Below are positions 50,101-62,980 of a stretch of 64,000 nucleotides of DNA, in pieces. Position numbers and translations under genes: made by a program. The DNA lies in NCBI GenBank assembly GCA_036172245.1, contig JAYWIR010000032.1:1426001-1490000 (forward strand), given 5' to 3'. Below the pieces are notes generated by a model that did no database searches, was not told the origin of the DNA, and saw only the letters and a list, made by a program, of their open reading frames with translations. The DNA comes from Raillietiella orientalis (Eukaryota). How positions within the stretch are numbered: the stretch's first letter is position 1; each line of letters starts with the position of its first letter.

Positions 50101-53100
50101 AGCTGAAACGGATGCACGAAAGTAATCTTGCCTTGTTGGGCAATTTGATGGAGATATGTGCATATGATTCTTCAGAATCATCTATAGTACACGAACCGTC
50201 AGTGGTGAGATTAGCAGGTCTAAAACTTTCGCAAGCAGGGCCCCCCAATCAATAAAAAACCATTTTTGAAAAAAAGCATTACCTCCAAAAGCAAGGTCTG
50301 GAGAGACTCAGTAACTAAATCATTAGCTACAGGACATTGCAAAAGAAATGAATTAAAATTGAAACGAGGAGTCAAGTATTTGGTGTTTTAATCCTGGACA
50401 AATTGAAAATTGTTGTTAATTTTTCTGAAGAGGCTCAAAGTTGCAAAAAACAAAATGCATGCTGACAGCAAAACATAACCTATCTATCGATGATGATGAA
50501 AAAAAAAAAAAAAGGTTCAAGGTTAAATCGCTTTTTTTTTTTTGCAATGTTACTTGTATCACAAATATGCGTCTGAATCAAGCATGCCATATCATGTCTG
50601 GTTTAATTCACAAGTGTGCCGAATCTCACACTCTGAGCGTCACAACACTTTTTCTCAGCCTCTAGACTCAGAGCTCCCTGAAAACAATTGTTATTATTAT
50701 ATATCAATAGTATTAATGGCAGGCTGCAAAGTTCGATTATATTTTCAGTTGCATAGGCCGTTTTAGTCAATGAAGAAAATTTAATAATATAATATTATAT
50801 ACAGTTAATGAAAGTATTTCGATTCTCAAAAGGCTTAATTTCACAGAGCTTGTTTTAAATGGTACCGTTTCAGGATTCTCCATGTCTCGGCCGCTGGAAT
50901 GATTCTGACATTGGACATTCAGTCTGGGACGCACTAATCCTTCCGATTCCTGTTTGATTTGGTGCGAGATCTCCGCCATTTTCTTAAGGCTAGCATCGTT
51001 CGATTCAGCCGACATCACAAGGTGTGCTTTATCCGCACATTTCTGTTTTAAGACAGACAGTCAGTTGAAATGTATTTTATTCAACTTAGGATATATAATT
51101 AGCATGTAATAGTTCAGGGGCGCTACGCAACATTCTACAATCGGACATGGAACCTCTTTTAGAATCGGAACGCATCCCTTCTAGCTTCTCGTAGAGAGCA
51201 TATGCCGAAGTTGTAGCTGAAATAGTTTCATACCACAACATAGTATGCTGATGCTTCCTTCTTAAAAATCACGAAACTTTCCTGCATAATGAATTCTCTA
51301 ATGGAAAAGATTTGTTGAAAGAGAATGGGTAAAAGGGGGGGGGGGTAACTGGTTATTTCTTTAACCAGGAAAAGTTGTGTGGATCCCTGCCGTATGCTGT
51401 CTTGCAGTCACTTTCAAATTTTTTTTTTAAATGAACTTGAAATTCCTTGTAAACTACGGCTCTCGTTGCACGCAGTTTTTTGGGCTAAAGAAGAGTTAAG
51501 AAGAATAGAATTCTCTGAATCGAACCGATTCTCGCAAAGGGATTATTATGCATTGGTAAATCATTTCCTGGGAAACTGCCAGACTTGTAAAAAATACCAT
51601 ATAGGAATTTTTCAGGCAGATTTCCTCTAAATCTTTTTGTAATGAAAATTATCGATACGATTTCGCCTACGGCTCCACGAATTCCATGGCGGCTTGCTGC
51701 TCACAACAGCTGAAAACTAAGTTTCTCAGCAGCGTTCCCTGAATTCGGAGATTCCATTCAAAAGGCAGATTACTGTTGGCTGATTACTGTTGGCTTTCCT
51801 CCTTGCTCTTCCTTTTTTTCCAGATTGAAAATTAGCAAAATTCACCCAATATTTACTGCAGCAAATTCATACAGCTGTTTAAATGGAAATGCTTGAAGGG
51901 AACCAAAGGTTCCCATGTGTACAAAACGTGTACACACACCATGTGTGTTTCGTCAAAATGGACGCTCGTGCATCCACTGAAAGTTGTCATTGAGTGCCTT
52001 GTTCATCGGTGGTGGCTCCAAAAGTGATCCAAGTGATTCTGGGTTGATTTTCCACCGCGTGTGTGTTTCACGAAAAGTTGTTCCCGACGGAATGAAGCTT
52101 GGCTTCTTCACCCTTTGATCCCAGTTCTGAGAAGGTGCTGCTGCTTGTTTTACGGTATTTCCATCCACTTGTAAGACAAGACCCAAATAACCTGGACGTG
52201 CCAAGGTATTCCTGAGAAACCTTCAAAACAGTATTTTCAAATAAAAAAAAAAAAAAATGGGGTCTCGTGAAACTACTCTTTAGTCACCAATACCAACGAA
52301 GGTAATGCCAGTAATTAGTTCATCACTGTTACTCACTATGGCGGTGAAGCATAAGCATGGTTAGATAGTTTGTTATATTTGAGAGTGTTCAAAGAATTCT
52401 GCTCTGTGTTACAGATAGGGACTTTGCTTCGTCCAGGAATTACTAAAGTCGGAAATGTTTGGAAACGTATTACTCTCATAACAACTATTACCGAAGTTTT
52501 CTTCGGATGTGGGGGCCTTCCGCTTCGCTGCAGTAGCGTGTCGATCCAGTTCTGAAAATGATTCTCCTCATCGGGACAGAGGGGTGTAGCCTTGCCACTC
52601 ACCCGCCTAATCACTTTTCTCCAAAGCCATAAGAGTAACAGCAGCAGGGCGATGGACTCGATCAGAATCACATAAAGGCTACACAAAGTCCCATCTTTCG
52701 GCGACAAGAGCAGCAGGCGAGTCGTAATCGGCATTTATTCACAACTCGAGGATTTAACAGGGTTCCCAGACGTGACCTCGTCCTCTTTCGGAAGAGCGAT
52801 CAGGGCATAATTTTCACCGTGTTTCGATTGCTTTTATTCGTACGAGTAATAATGCAGAGCCGACCTTCTGGTTCCGGTTTTCCGCCAAACGCCATTGTTG
52901 CACATTCTCTCCTTTTATACTTTTTCACCCTTTCTGGTCCCTTCTATTTCCCTCTAGTGAGAGTGTTGTTCCGAGAACAACCGAATTCCGCTCTGCTGTT
53001 TTGGAAAACGCTCCCCCTTTCCGAAATTCCACTGGGCGTGTCTTATGTAGATTATGTTATGTACTTATTATTCGACGCCTTGCTGCATATTCCGCCTGGG

Positions 53101-55109
53101 AATCCCACAAAGTTACCGAAAATTCTTTCCTGAGACGGACTCCACGAGAGTGAACATCAGGAGGCAGCTCATCACCCCGGAAAACACGATCTGGTAATTG
53201 GTAAGTCACACCCCCGTGTACAGGTCAAAGCTTTTTGGGCGCCTTCTATCCTGAAGTGACCGTCGGTTGAGAGTTTATCGCAATTTTAAGCAAATACCGA
53301 GGAGAATTGCACTGAAATCTTTGGTAACCACAAAACCGATTTATTTTTCAGGCAGAATGAGGGAGATGGTACCCGAATCCAACTTCTCGATATGACCACT
53401 TAATGAGAAACTCAAAGATGCAGCATCCGAAGGTAGGGTGGAGCCCTACCATTCCGTCCAGAAGAGAAGATCCCACGTGATTCCAATGATGCCATTGATG
53501 TCGTTGTGTGGCGGTCGACCTCCACATCGCAAATAAACGTCCTTCACTGACCACCAACAATGCAATCCACCTCACCATCGGACACTCGGTGGCAAATTGT
53601 CCACACCTCATCCACACTCCCACCAATCCTCACAGAGAAACTCTTCTCAATCCGAATCCTTCATTGGTGAGGAGGCTGATCTCCAGGAGACAATCTATAT
53701 TTTTCAAATCCAGTCCAACACTCAGGGCAATCCAAATAAGGCAGAAAGCACTAGTGGCAGTAGGGCAAACAACAACAAAAAAAGGGACAAGGGAATGGGT
53801 GGCGAAAAAAAACAAATTCAGCAGAACGAAAAACTAAGCTGCAAACAAACAACAGCAACACAACAAACACTGGAATTCAGAGGACAATGTGAGAGAGGCG
53901 GGCATTCAGCCGACCCCCCAAAAGAACAAAAACGGTGATGCACACTAGATTTCTTGTTGTTTAATGTGAAATAATAATATGGCAGGAACATATATTTTTA
54001 ATTTAGGATTTAATTATGCTTTGGCTAAAACACCAGGGAAAACACCGCAGCACCAGAATCAGGGGCACAAGGGTCCAAAACACACACACACACACACACT
54101 ATTTGCCAGCAGACCAAATAACAGTGTACAGGAACTACCCCAAAGTCAGTATAGAAATAACCAGGATTGATGTAAAACAAATTGCAAAAAAATCCAATTG
54201 CCAAACAATCCCAGAACACACACACACACACACAAAACAGAAAACGCAACAACCCCTTCAAGGAATCTGTCATGATGACTTCAAGGCAGATTCCTTGGAG
54301 ATTTCAAAACGGAAAACCGGTAGGGTTAAATAAATTTTCCTCTAGATATCGGAATGCACATTAAATCGTTGCTAGCAATCGCAAGTCTAAAGGTGGATCA
54401 AGCTTCAGTCTTGTATCCACTGAGGCGTTTTTCAAGGTATTCATGGATTAGTATGAAAAAATGGACTTTCCCAATGATGAAAATGTGTGCCGAGAATAGC
54501 TGAATCACTTTCGCAATTTAAACGTTTAAATGACTTAAAATTGTGTAAACTAAGTTCTTCATATTCTGGAAGCGTATAAGGAAAACGACATGCAAATGAT
54601 CTTCTAACATGCAACATGTACTGTGTAGGCTAATGAAAACTCCAAATCAGAAAATTGGCTTCAACATGCTTACAAAGTAGGTCTTTCTCCGACGGGGTTC
54701 GACTGGAAGAAATGGGATGGGGGAACGAAATGGGGATCCGTTCCCTAGTTATTTAAAAACGCATTTAGCTTCCTATAATGAAACTTAATTTGTGGAGGAG
54801 AAGATTGAGTTTGTGCAAAATAATTTGTTTCCAGTCGACATTTTTATGCAGGCGGAACCTAATAATTTTGTAAGTACGAAATTCATCAATAACTGGAAAT
54901 CGCAAGCTTTGGTATACCTGAGTAAAATATGTTTGACTAAGGACTTATTGGTCTCTTTGGAAAGACGTACTCATATGAAATCAATTTTAGATATGCTAAA
55001 TATTTTTAGTATAATTTCTAACATGTTTTCCCATTACAATTTTTGGAATTACGCCCAACAGAAGGCGTCTTTCTAAATTTACAAAAAGAAATAGTGAATA
55101 TACATAGCA

Positions 55110-56772
55110 ATGTATTCTGTCAAAGTCCTTTGCCCAGATGTAAACCATGAAGAAACTATGCAAAATGTTCTCGAATCATTAAAACGTCTAATGATCATAT
55201 CGGAGGATATTTTCAAAAAAGTCAATGCGCGAATGGAAGATTATAGAATTAAACTCGATAATCTCAGACGAAGAGTCTCCTGTTGTGAACATAAAATTGG
55301 TTTACTCAGCACATCAAAAAAGTCTACAAAGGTAATTCCTGTATTCTATTCATCATTAAAAAATAATCAAAATATGGATACAGCCCTTCCAATGTATTAT
55401 CACTTCCCTAATTTAGCATTTCTTTTGTTGCTATGACTTATTTACAAGCAGCATAAGTAGTGATCTAACTTAATTATTTTTTCTTTCTATATTAGGTACA
55501 CATTAGTTCAAGGTATCCCATCTGTACTGATTTCCAAGACTACTACTCAATATTCAGTCATGGATGTCTTCCTGTTTTTCCAGAGCAAACACATACAAGG
55601 AAAAACACAGTGAACATTTATGATGATTCATGTGAGAACAGTTTACACTTAGTTCCTTTAGAGCATGAAATCCCAATGTGCGAGCAAGAAATGCATGAAG
55701 TTCAAGAAAATCACAGAATTAATTTTTCTCGTGATCTGAAGTATGCAGATTCTCTTTTATTGTTCAACACATCAGAAAACCTGTGAGTAACTGTGCATAA
55801 TTAAACATACACTAACTTGCTTATAGCTACAAAAAACATATTCTATCAAATCCTTATGAAATGAGTGTTATTGGAGAATCAACCCAGAGTAACAAAGATA
55901 ACTCCCCCAAAAAATTGGTTGATGCTCCTACTTCTATTTTGCAAAAGGATCAGGAGCCTTATAATGTAAATGATTATTTTTACAATCCAAATTTAGGAGA
56001 AGTTCCTGAGCTCGATGTCCCTCTGGTGCTCCCAGATCTTCCTGGGATTGCTCATGATTTGTCATTTACTGCTGATAAGGAATCTGTTATTGTGCCCTCA
56101 GGCAACAGAACATATGTACCTAACAATCACCCAACATCAGAAATTTCCATAGCAGATGAATCTGTTGAATCTTCCAAAATGTTGGATCTCCCAATACCTA
56201 CCCATAACACTTGTTCTAAAGAGACAGAAGAACTCTCTTCTCCACCTGTTTCTGTATCAATACACCCTAACACACAAGCAAATGCTATGAATGAATCTGA
56301 TGTGTCTTTGCCATCAACTGTGAATTCACCTTTAATGGAAGCTAATGAGGAACATTTCAACACTGACTCTAGGAATGGAAAAGCTCCTCCTCCACCACCT
56401 CCATTGCCATCTAACACAACAATTTCTGCTGCAAGTCCTGAAAAGGTACCTTCAGATCTTTCTTCTCAGGGAAGTGCTCGTGCAAATTTGCTGGAAGCTA
56501 TTCGAGAAGCAGCAGGAAAACCAAAAGCTCCAAAGCATAGCAAACAAAGAGAACAAATTGGTGCTACAGACAAGGCCCAACCTCATTCTTGTGATACAGA
56601 TCTCATGAAGGAGTTATTTGCAAAATTGTCATTGAGACGCAAGGGCATTTCTGGACATCCTGTATCTCAGGAAGAATACTCCACTACATCAATCCTAGAA
56701 ATGGCATCTCCCACACTTATTCCTGTGCCATCAACAGAATCATGGTCAGAAAATGAAGATGAATGGGAATAA
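55110..56772 (+). CDS. WASHC1: WASH complex subunit 1 (WAHD + proline-rich + VCA)
   Basis: Exons 55110-55331, 55496-55782 and 55827-56772. WAHD motifs are YSVKVLCPDVNHEETM, SKKSTK|VHISSRYP, SLLLFNTSENLYKK and YFYNPNLGEVPELDVPLVLPDLPGIA. These are followed by poly-Pro, WH2 (RANLLEAIREAAG), C (DLMKELFAKLSLRRKGISG) and an acidic EDEWE terminus. Confidence 0.95.
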
Positions 56773-58245
56773 ATGAATAAGGGAGAGAAGTGGTATTGTT
56801 TGGTCAACATTGTTGCCAAGCAAGATTATTTTGCAATCTAGTCTTTTAAGTCCATTCACAAAATGTGCTCGTGAATGAAATATTCAAAGCTGGCTGCTGA
56901 ATCTCATATGTGATATTGAACACAAATCCATGTTGTCATCTTATTTTTATTAAATAAATTTGGTAGCGATTGAAAGATTGGTCTGTTTCAGCTTTTTGAT
57001 GTTTTACTACTATATATCAAGTTGCATTATTATCTGATAATCAGATTGCAAACCTATGCTAATACACCAGTATGAAAGAGCAAACAATCAGACCTGTGTG
57101 GGATTTACTTCAGTATACTAAATTGGTTGCATATCATGCATAAGGCATATGGTCAGTGCTATAAACTAAAAACAAATGGTGCATGAAATTTCATAAATTC
57201 ATCTGTTCTACATAATTGATGGACAAATACAAAATAGGTGTGTCATCCATTCTCAACAATAGAAAAGAAAATTATTTATTTGCACTTACATCTAACTAAC
57301 TAAATTGCTAATGAAACAAATTAAGGCTAGGATAATACGATCATTGCAGGCAAAGGATTTACTCTCTTTGTTAAAACTAGAGTTTCTTGTCTGATTAACA
57401 CTTGTGTTGGCATTCCCTGCGATTCTATTCCGGGAATTTTCCATGCAACGCTATGCCACTTTTCTGAAACTGAGGACTTTTTTTTTTTGCTTTGCCTGCC
57501 GGCTCCCTTCAAGTCGAGCTACTAATGCAAATTATTCTAACTGACGTTTACAAAAGCATGGCAAGAATTGGACTGCCTTCACGGCATCAGATTTTATTCA
57601 GGAGAAGTTGGTTTGTGGAAAGTCAAAGGCTTTACTTTTAAACCCTTGCAATTCGAGCCTTCAACCTTCAGACCGTAATTTTCTAAACAGAAGTATTGCA
57701 ATGGCAAAGACAAATACCTGCTCTCAATACTTAGGCACTTCTCTGCGGTTCTTGCAAAACGAAATCAACTAAGCCACAAAAACTGTCCGCTGTAAAGTTA
57801 CAACGCGAATATTCTCGATTCGGCCTACGAACTTGTTTGTAGTTTTTCCGTGCTTTCCCTATTGCTTTGACAATGCGTGGAAGGAGGCGGTCGAATTTCT
57901 GCACTGACCACTCGGACTCGGGGCATGTTCAAACAAACAAGGGCTTGCCGGTGTAGGCTGCGAGGTCGTGGCTGCGTTCAGCGTTTCCAAGGGAAACGTC
58001 GAAGATGCGGTCACTGCACTCCGTTGGACGTGTACCAAGGCCGAGCCGTCGAAGACACTAAAATCCAGGAAGAACACAGCATCTGAGACAAGAGCAAAAC
58101 TTCCTGCACTTTCAAGTTATGGGAAATCTAAGAAACCCTACGAAATTCTGTCAGTGATGAACCCCTCGCTTCCCTTCTGGAGTGGGGGGTTCTTCAGCAA
58201 CTCGTCCCTTGAAACATGACCGTCGGTAAGGTCAAGACTGCTTCC

Positions 58246-59447
58246 GTTTAACACCCGGGGCGTTTCTTGTTAAAATAAACAAACAAGTGTAGGGCCATTG
58301 GCCCCACACCGTCCTACAATTTTTTGGAACTTGCCGAGTGGGAGACACGCAGGACGGCGAGGTTCGACTCGACAGCGGAGGGGTAGGGGGTAAGCAAAAA
58401 GAAAAATTAAAGAAAAGGCTATTTACAAAAATAGAGAGGGCTGGGGAAGGGATCACATTCCGCTGGAGGCCGTCTTCTGCATCCTTTCCAGGATGCCGGC
58501 AAGTTCCATCCGAGTATGCCCCAGATGGGGCCATCTGTCTGCCGTCCTCAGGAAGCCCAGGGCGAAGCAAATGACGTCCCTATCGTTCTTGTGCGAAGCT
58601 CCAGGCGGCCTCAATTCCGCACAGGCAGCAAAGAGCTGCTGGGGATGCGGCAGGCGAAAGGGCATCGCGCACGAAGAGGCGCTTGAGAACGTCTCTGGGG
58701 TGGTCCGTTTGTGCACCTAGGGCCGTTGCGTATCGCAACCACAGTGACCAGAGGGCAATACATTCAACAAGCAGGTGCGGGAGTGATTCCCGTTCCCCGC
58801 ATATGGAGCAGTTTGGGTCCACAGATCCCCCGAGCCCAGTGAGATCGGCGGGAGTTGTTGGGGAGACCCCAGTGCAACACCAGAAATGCCTACTCCTGCC
58901 ACTTCAGGGGACGTTTGGTTGCTCTTCAGCATTGAGGGCCACTCGAGGTCTTAAAGAAGGATTCCCAGCAGCTCGCCCCGGGCAATAGTCCATTCGGCGG
59001 GGCACTTGAGGTCGCAGCATCCGTAAGCAGGTCCGTGGTCCAACCACCTAATTCCTTCTCTCTTCCCGAGATTTCACAACGGGCCTCCCATTTGGCAGGC
59101 TGACTACTACTGCCCAGGTGCTCCCTGAGGTAGGTCAGAGCCGTGGCTAGGGAGGTCCTTTCAGCCCACGCACACGTCGTGGGCTGCACAATGACGTCCT
59201 GCAGCCAACGCTTGTTGTAACAGGAGTTCAGCAGTCTCCTCAGCAACTCCGGGCTCGCTTCGTTCTTCTGGGCCCACGTCCGAACAGTTTCCTGTGACCA
59301 GGCAGTGCCGTTCGCGGGGCCGAAGACTGCTTCCGGGTGCGCTTCCCTACGTTCGTGGTTCCTTTCAAGAGATACATACTCTTTGGCTGCATTGGTTGTC
59401 GCCGAGCAGAGAGAACATTTGGCAGAGAGACCATTTGCATTCATCAC
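58246..59447 (-). mobile_element. Non-LTR retrotransposon 3' remnant (zf-RVT-like), copy B, frameshifted
   Basis: FLVLHWG...SHWARGSVDPNCSICGERESLPHLLVECIALWSLW. The downstream peptide MAPSGAYSDGTCRHPGKDAEDGLQRNVIPS is shared with copies A and C. Confidence 0.75.
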
Positions 59448-60189
59448 GGTATTTTCTCAAAGAGAGGGGAAACCTCAACTCAGCTTTAACTTTCTATCGA
59501 GATTTGGTATCGAAAGTATATGCTCTGAGACAGAGGACGATAGGTAGTTTATCTCAAAAAGGATTCCTCCTATTACATTCTCTTTCGATTCGTAATGTGC
59601 TATTCCTTCCGCAGAAGATCATTGGAGAGATATTCAAAGTGTTTTCTGCGCTTACATTACATCAGGGGCCAACTGACCACACGCTTACTTCACATAAAAC
59701 TATTTCGTTGTTTTGGTGATCCAAACTGTTGAATCTTGAGATGTGCATTTCCATCCCGCACCATGCAATGACCTAATTTTACATATTTCCGAACTGAAGG
59801 TACCTGCTAGTCAATGCCGGAAACTTATCATGTACTTTCTGCTTCCAATAGGGTACAACCACGGCCAATCGCTGGAGCGATAACTTGGAAGGGTTCTCTT
59901 CTAGAAAATTCACCAACAACTTCTTGAAGCTTTCCTTGGTACAAGAAACTTTCATTTAGAAGGAGGTTTGAGTGCTTCCGAAAGCAGGAAAACAGCTGTC
60001 CGCCTTCTTTTAGATTGGAAAGCCTTCTACCAGATGCAAGGAATCCTTCTTCAGTGAACCCTAAGAATAATTCGAATGGAATAAAGACAGCAATAGATAT
60101 AAATATCCACGATCTGTTTCACAAGACTGCAAGAGCTTCTGTACTTTGATTTGCTCGATGTACAGTGCAAGCAGCATAATCGGTATTTC

Positions 60190-60824
60190 TAATGCTTAAC
60201 CAATGCTGGACACGAGGAAGTGTGGATGCGCCCTGCGAAAGGGGAGGCGTCAAAGAGACTCTGACCCACCTTCTGATGGACTGTGCCGCCCTCCGACTCC
60301 TCTGGGAGCGCCTGTCGGCGATCCTGGACATCCATGAAGGCGGCCCGGGGGCATTTTTAAGAGCCTCTTTATGAGTGCCGCTCTGCCTCTGACCGCGGCC
60401 AATTGTCACTTCTCTGCTGCATCGCGGAGTCGTGGTGGCCTGGAATGCATCCAGAAGAGGCCAGAATGGCAGGGACGCCATCCATTGGACACGTCTTTTT
60501 TTGAAGACCGCCACCCGATGGCCCCAACTGGGCAAGGTAAGGACGCAACTTGCAGGTATCCTGAACAGGACATAGAGGACGTCTCCCAGAAAGCATTGAT
60601 CCCTTCCCTGCCCTCCCAGAACATCTCCCCCACCCCTGTTGCACTTTCTGTTTCTTTTTGTTTGTGTTTTTCCCGTCCCACTCGCTGCGGGAACGGACCT
60701 TGCCGGTGTCCCAACCGGTGACTGACAAGTTGCCATGACGTGGTGAACCAAGAGGTTCACCACAGGAACATTTGCTTGTGCTTTTATTTTCAAAGAAATG
60801 CCCCGGCAAATCCGGGTGACAAAC
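60190..60824 (+). mobile_element. Non-LTR retrotransposon 3' remnant (zf-RVT-like), copy C, degraded
   Basis: WTRGSVDAPCERGGVKETLTHLLMDCAALRLLWERL and MAPTGQGKDATCRYPEQDIEDVSQKALIPS, with the terminal motif at 60796-60824. Confidence 0.72.
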
Positions 60825-61330
60825 CCGTGCTCGAGAAATCTCTCTAACAGAAATAGAAAATAATCTACTGGCTTGAGTGATATTCTGCGAGGCATGCTGA
60901 AATGGCCAAGGGCACTTGCTACGAATCGATGATCAGTGATGTACGTGTACGAGAACTCCACAAGAAGTCAAGGAAGATGACACCCTCTCTAGGTTGGCAT
61001 ATATAAATTGAAATATAGGAAAAATTATTTTCTGTGTCAATGAATTCAGGAGAGACAGTTCTGCGGTAACTGGGAAATTCAAATGACGAAAACATATGAA
61101 TCGTGGTTGCACCTGTTTTTGAATCATTTCACCATTCGAATCTTCGATAAAAGGCCGCGTAAAGAACAACAGGGTCTTCAGCACGAGTAGCGCTTTCCCA
61201 TGGATTCGTTCAGGCTAATGGCATGCATTCCGTTTTGGAAGTTTTGGAACGCTTTGATGATTGGATGATTCGAATGTTGATGATATTGTGTCCCAACTTC
61301 GGCAGCTGGAGACTCATTCTGTCAGCCATA

Positions 61331-61413
61331 GAGTTGCTGCGGAGACTGCTGCACTCCTGCTACAGCAACCGTTGGCTGCAGGACGTCATTGTGCAGCCCA
61401 CCACGCGTGCGTG
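61331..61413 (+). mobile_element. Internal fragment of the same retrotransposon family
   Basis: ELLRRLLHSCYSNRWLQDVIVQPTTRA is a close inverted homologue of 59167-59249 (ELLRRLLNSCYNKRWLQDVIVQPTTCA). Confidence 0.75.
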
Positions 61414-62499
61414 CTTTAGCGATTTTCATTTCGAAATCAGCGTTGTATGTGGAGACTCGTAGCATCACACTTTTTAGTAGACATCCCTGAAAACGTAATC
61501 TTACAAAAGTTTGCAGCTTCTTCAGTCTGTACCGCTGTAGCACCAAAGTCTGTTCCCAGGTAAGTACAAATGAGGCATCAAATTCGGTGTATTTATTAGT
61601 GATAGTTTTCTTCGTGAGATAGCAAACAGTCACGAGACCTGGAATCTGGCTTCTCTGAATATTCCATTTTCGAACGAAAATGCTTGGAGGCAGTCCATGA
61701 TTTTTTTTTTTTTTCCATGTTCTAGCAGCATCTTACAGTATTTTGTGTATGAGGATGCCAGGCAATCGGGACTCACATTTGCGATCCGTTTTATGTTCTC
61801 GACATGAGGTCAGCTATTCCCCTTTTGAAGTAAAAAAATAAAGGTCATCTATGGCAGTTCACTTTGATAGAAGCTGTGGCATGAAAATTTGCTGTGAGCG
61901 CTGTTTGTATCCCTGTGTGGCTTGGAGCGGCGGGAGCGATGGTGAGGACGTGGAAATAGAGGATCGTGTGGTTGTTACGCAGGGATTTTCTTCCTCCTTG
62001 GAGATGATCTCACCAGAAGTCTTTGTCTTGGATCAGGATGCAATGCTTGGTGACGACGGTGTGGTCTTCCACTGCGAACAGCCTCTTTGTGACTGGAAGC
62101 TGTCTCGGGGTGATGTGTCTTCCGAGATGGTGGTGGCAGCGTAGTGGCTGCTCAGCGTTTCCATCCAAATCCTCTTACGGAACTCAGACTACCTGCCCAT
62201 GGTCGTTTGTTGAATGATAGCAAACACCTGACAAGGGGTGATGCACTTCAATTGGGTAAAGTTCTCAACTGGCAAGAATCACCACCCCGTTACCATCGTC
62301 CAGTTTGATATTTCCCGTGGGAATTAATTGGAAGAAGCACCGAGGTTCACGGAACGACAGTGAACGAATTATGAGCCAGCAACCTATGGCATTATGGAGA
62401 CCTTTTTTCCGTGTGTCTGATGCCAGGAAGCTTTACGTGTGTTTTCATTGTGGATTGAGGCAGCAAGGCATAATTTTTAGCCACAATTTCTTCCCCAGC

Positions 62500-62980
62500 C
62501 ACTTTTGATACCGTGGCTGGAGCTTTTTTGAAAGCCTCTGCATCGAATTCCGCCGCCTGGGACTTCAGCCATTTCAGCAGCGCTGCAATTTTCCACTTCT
62601 CGCTTTCCTTTTCGAATCGTCGAGCCACTTCTGGAGGTGCAGGAAGGAAGACGTGATAGCCACTGAGCGCGAGGTCAGGACTGGGTGATCGAAAAGTTCC
62701 CATTTGAATTTCCGAATTGTCTGGAATGTGCGAACGGCAGCGTGTGGGACCAAAAGGGTGTGATTTTGCTGGACTTTATGGGGTATGGAACAACCGTCAC
62801 TTCGCCAGTCCCCTACGAAACCTTTCGAAACTGCGGCGTGCCTTGCAGCAGAACCGACGACGCGGAACGCTGAGATCAGGAAGTGTTCTTCTCCTTCGCA
62901 ACCACGCGCGCCCTGGCAACGCATGCTCTTCGCTCATTCCAGACAATTCGGAATTTCAAACGGGACCTTTTCGATCACCC
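62500..62980. mobile_element. Degraded mariner transposase remnant, internally inverted
   Basis: The plus strand at about 62735-62930 gives SVWDQKGVILLDFMGYGTTVT and KLRRALQQNRRRGTLRSGSVLLLRNHARP (compare mariner WDxKGVI...LLHDNARPH). The minus strand at about 62728-62500 gives KFKWELFDHP, SPDLALSGYHVF and WLKSQAAEFDAEAFKK (compare HPPYSPDLAPSDYHLF). Confidence 0.85.

Noticed and set aside
52336..52734. 132-aa minus-strand ORF with a hydrophobic stretch
   Set aside because: No recognisable homology or splice support. It may be decayed repeat sequence.
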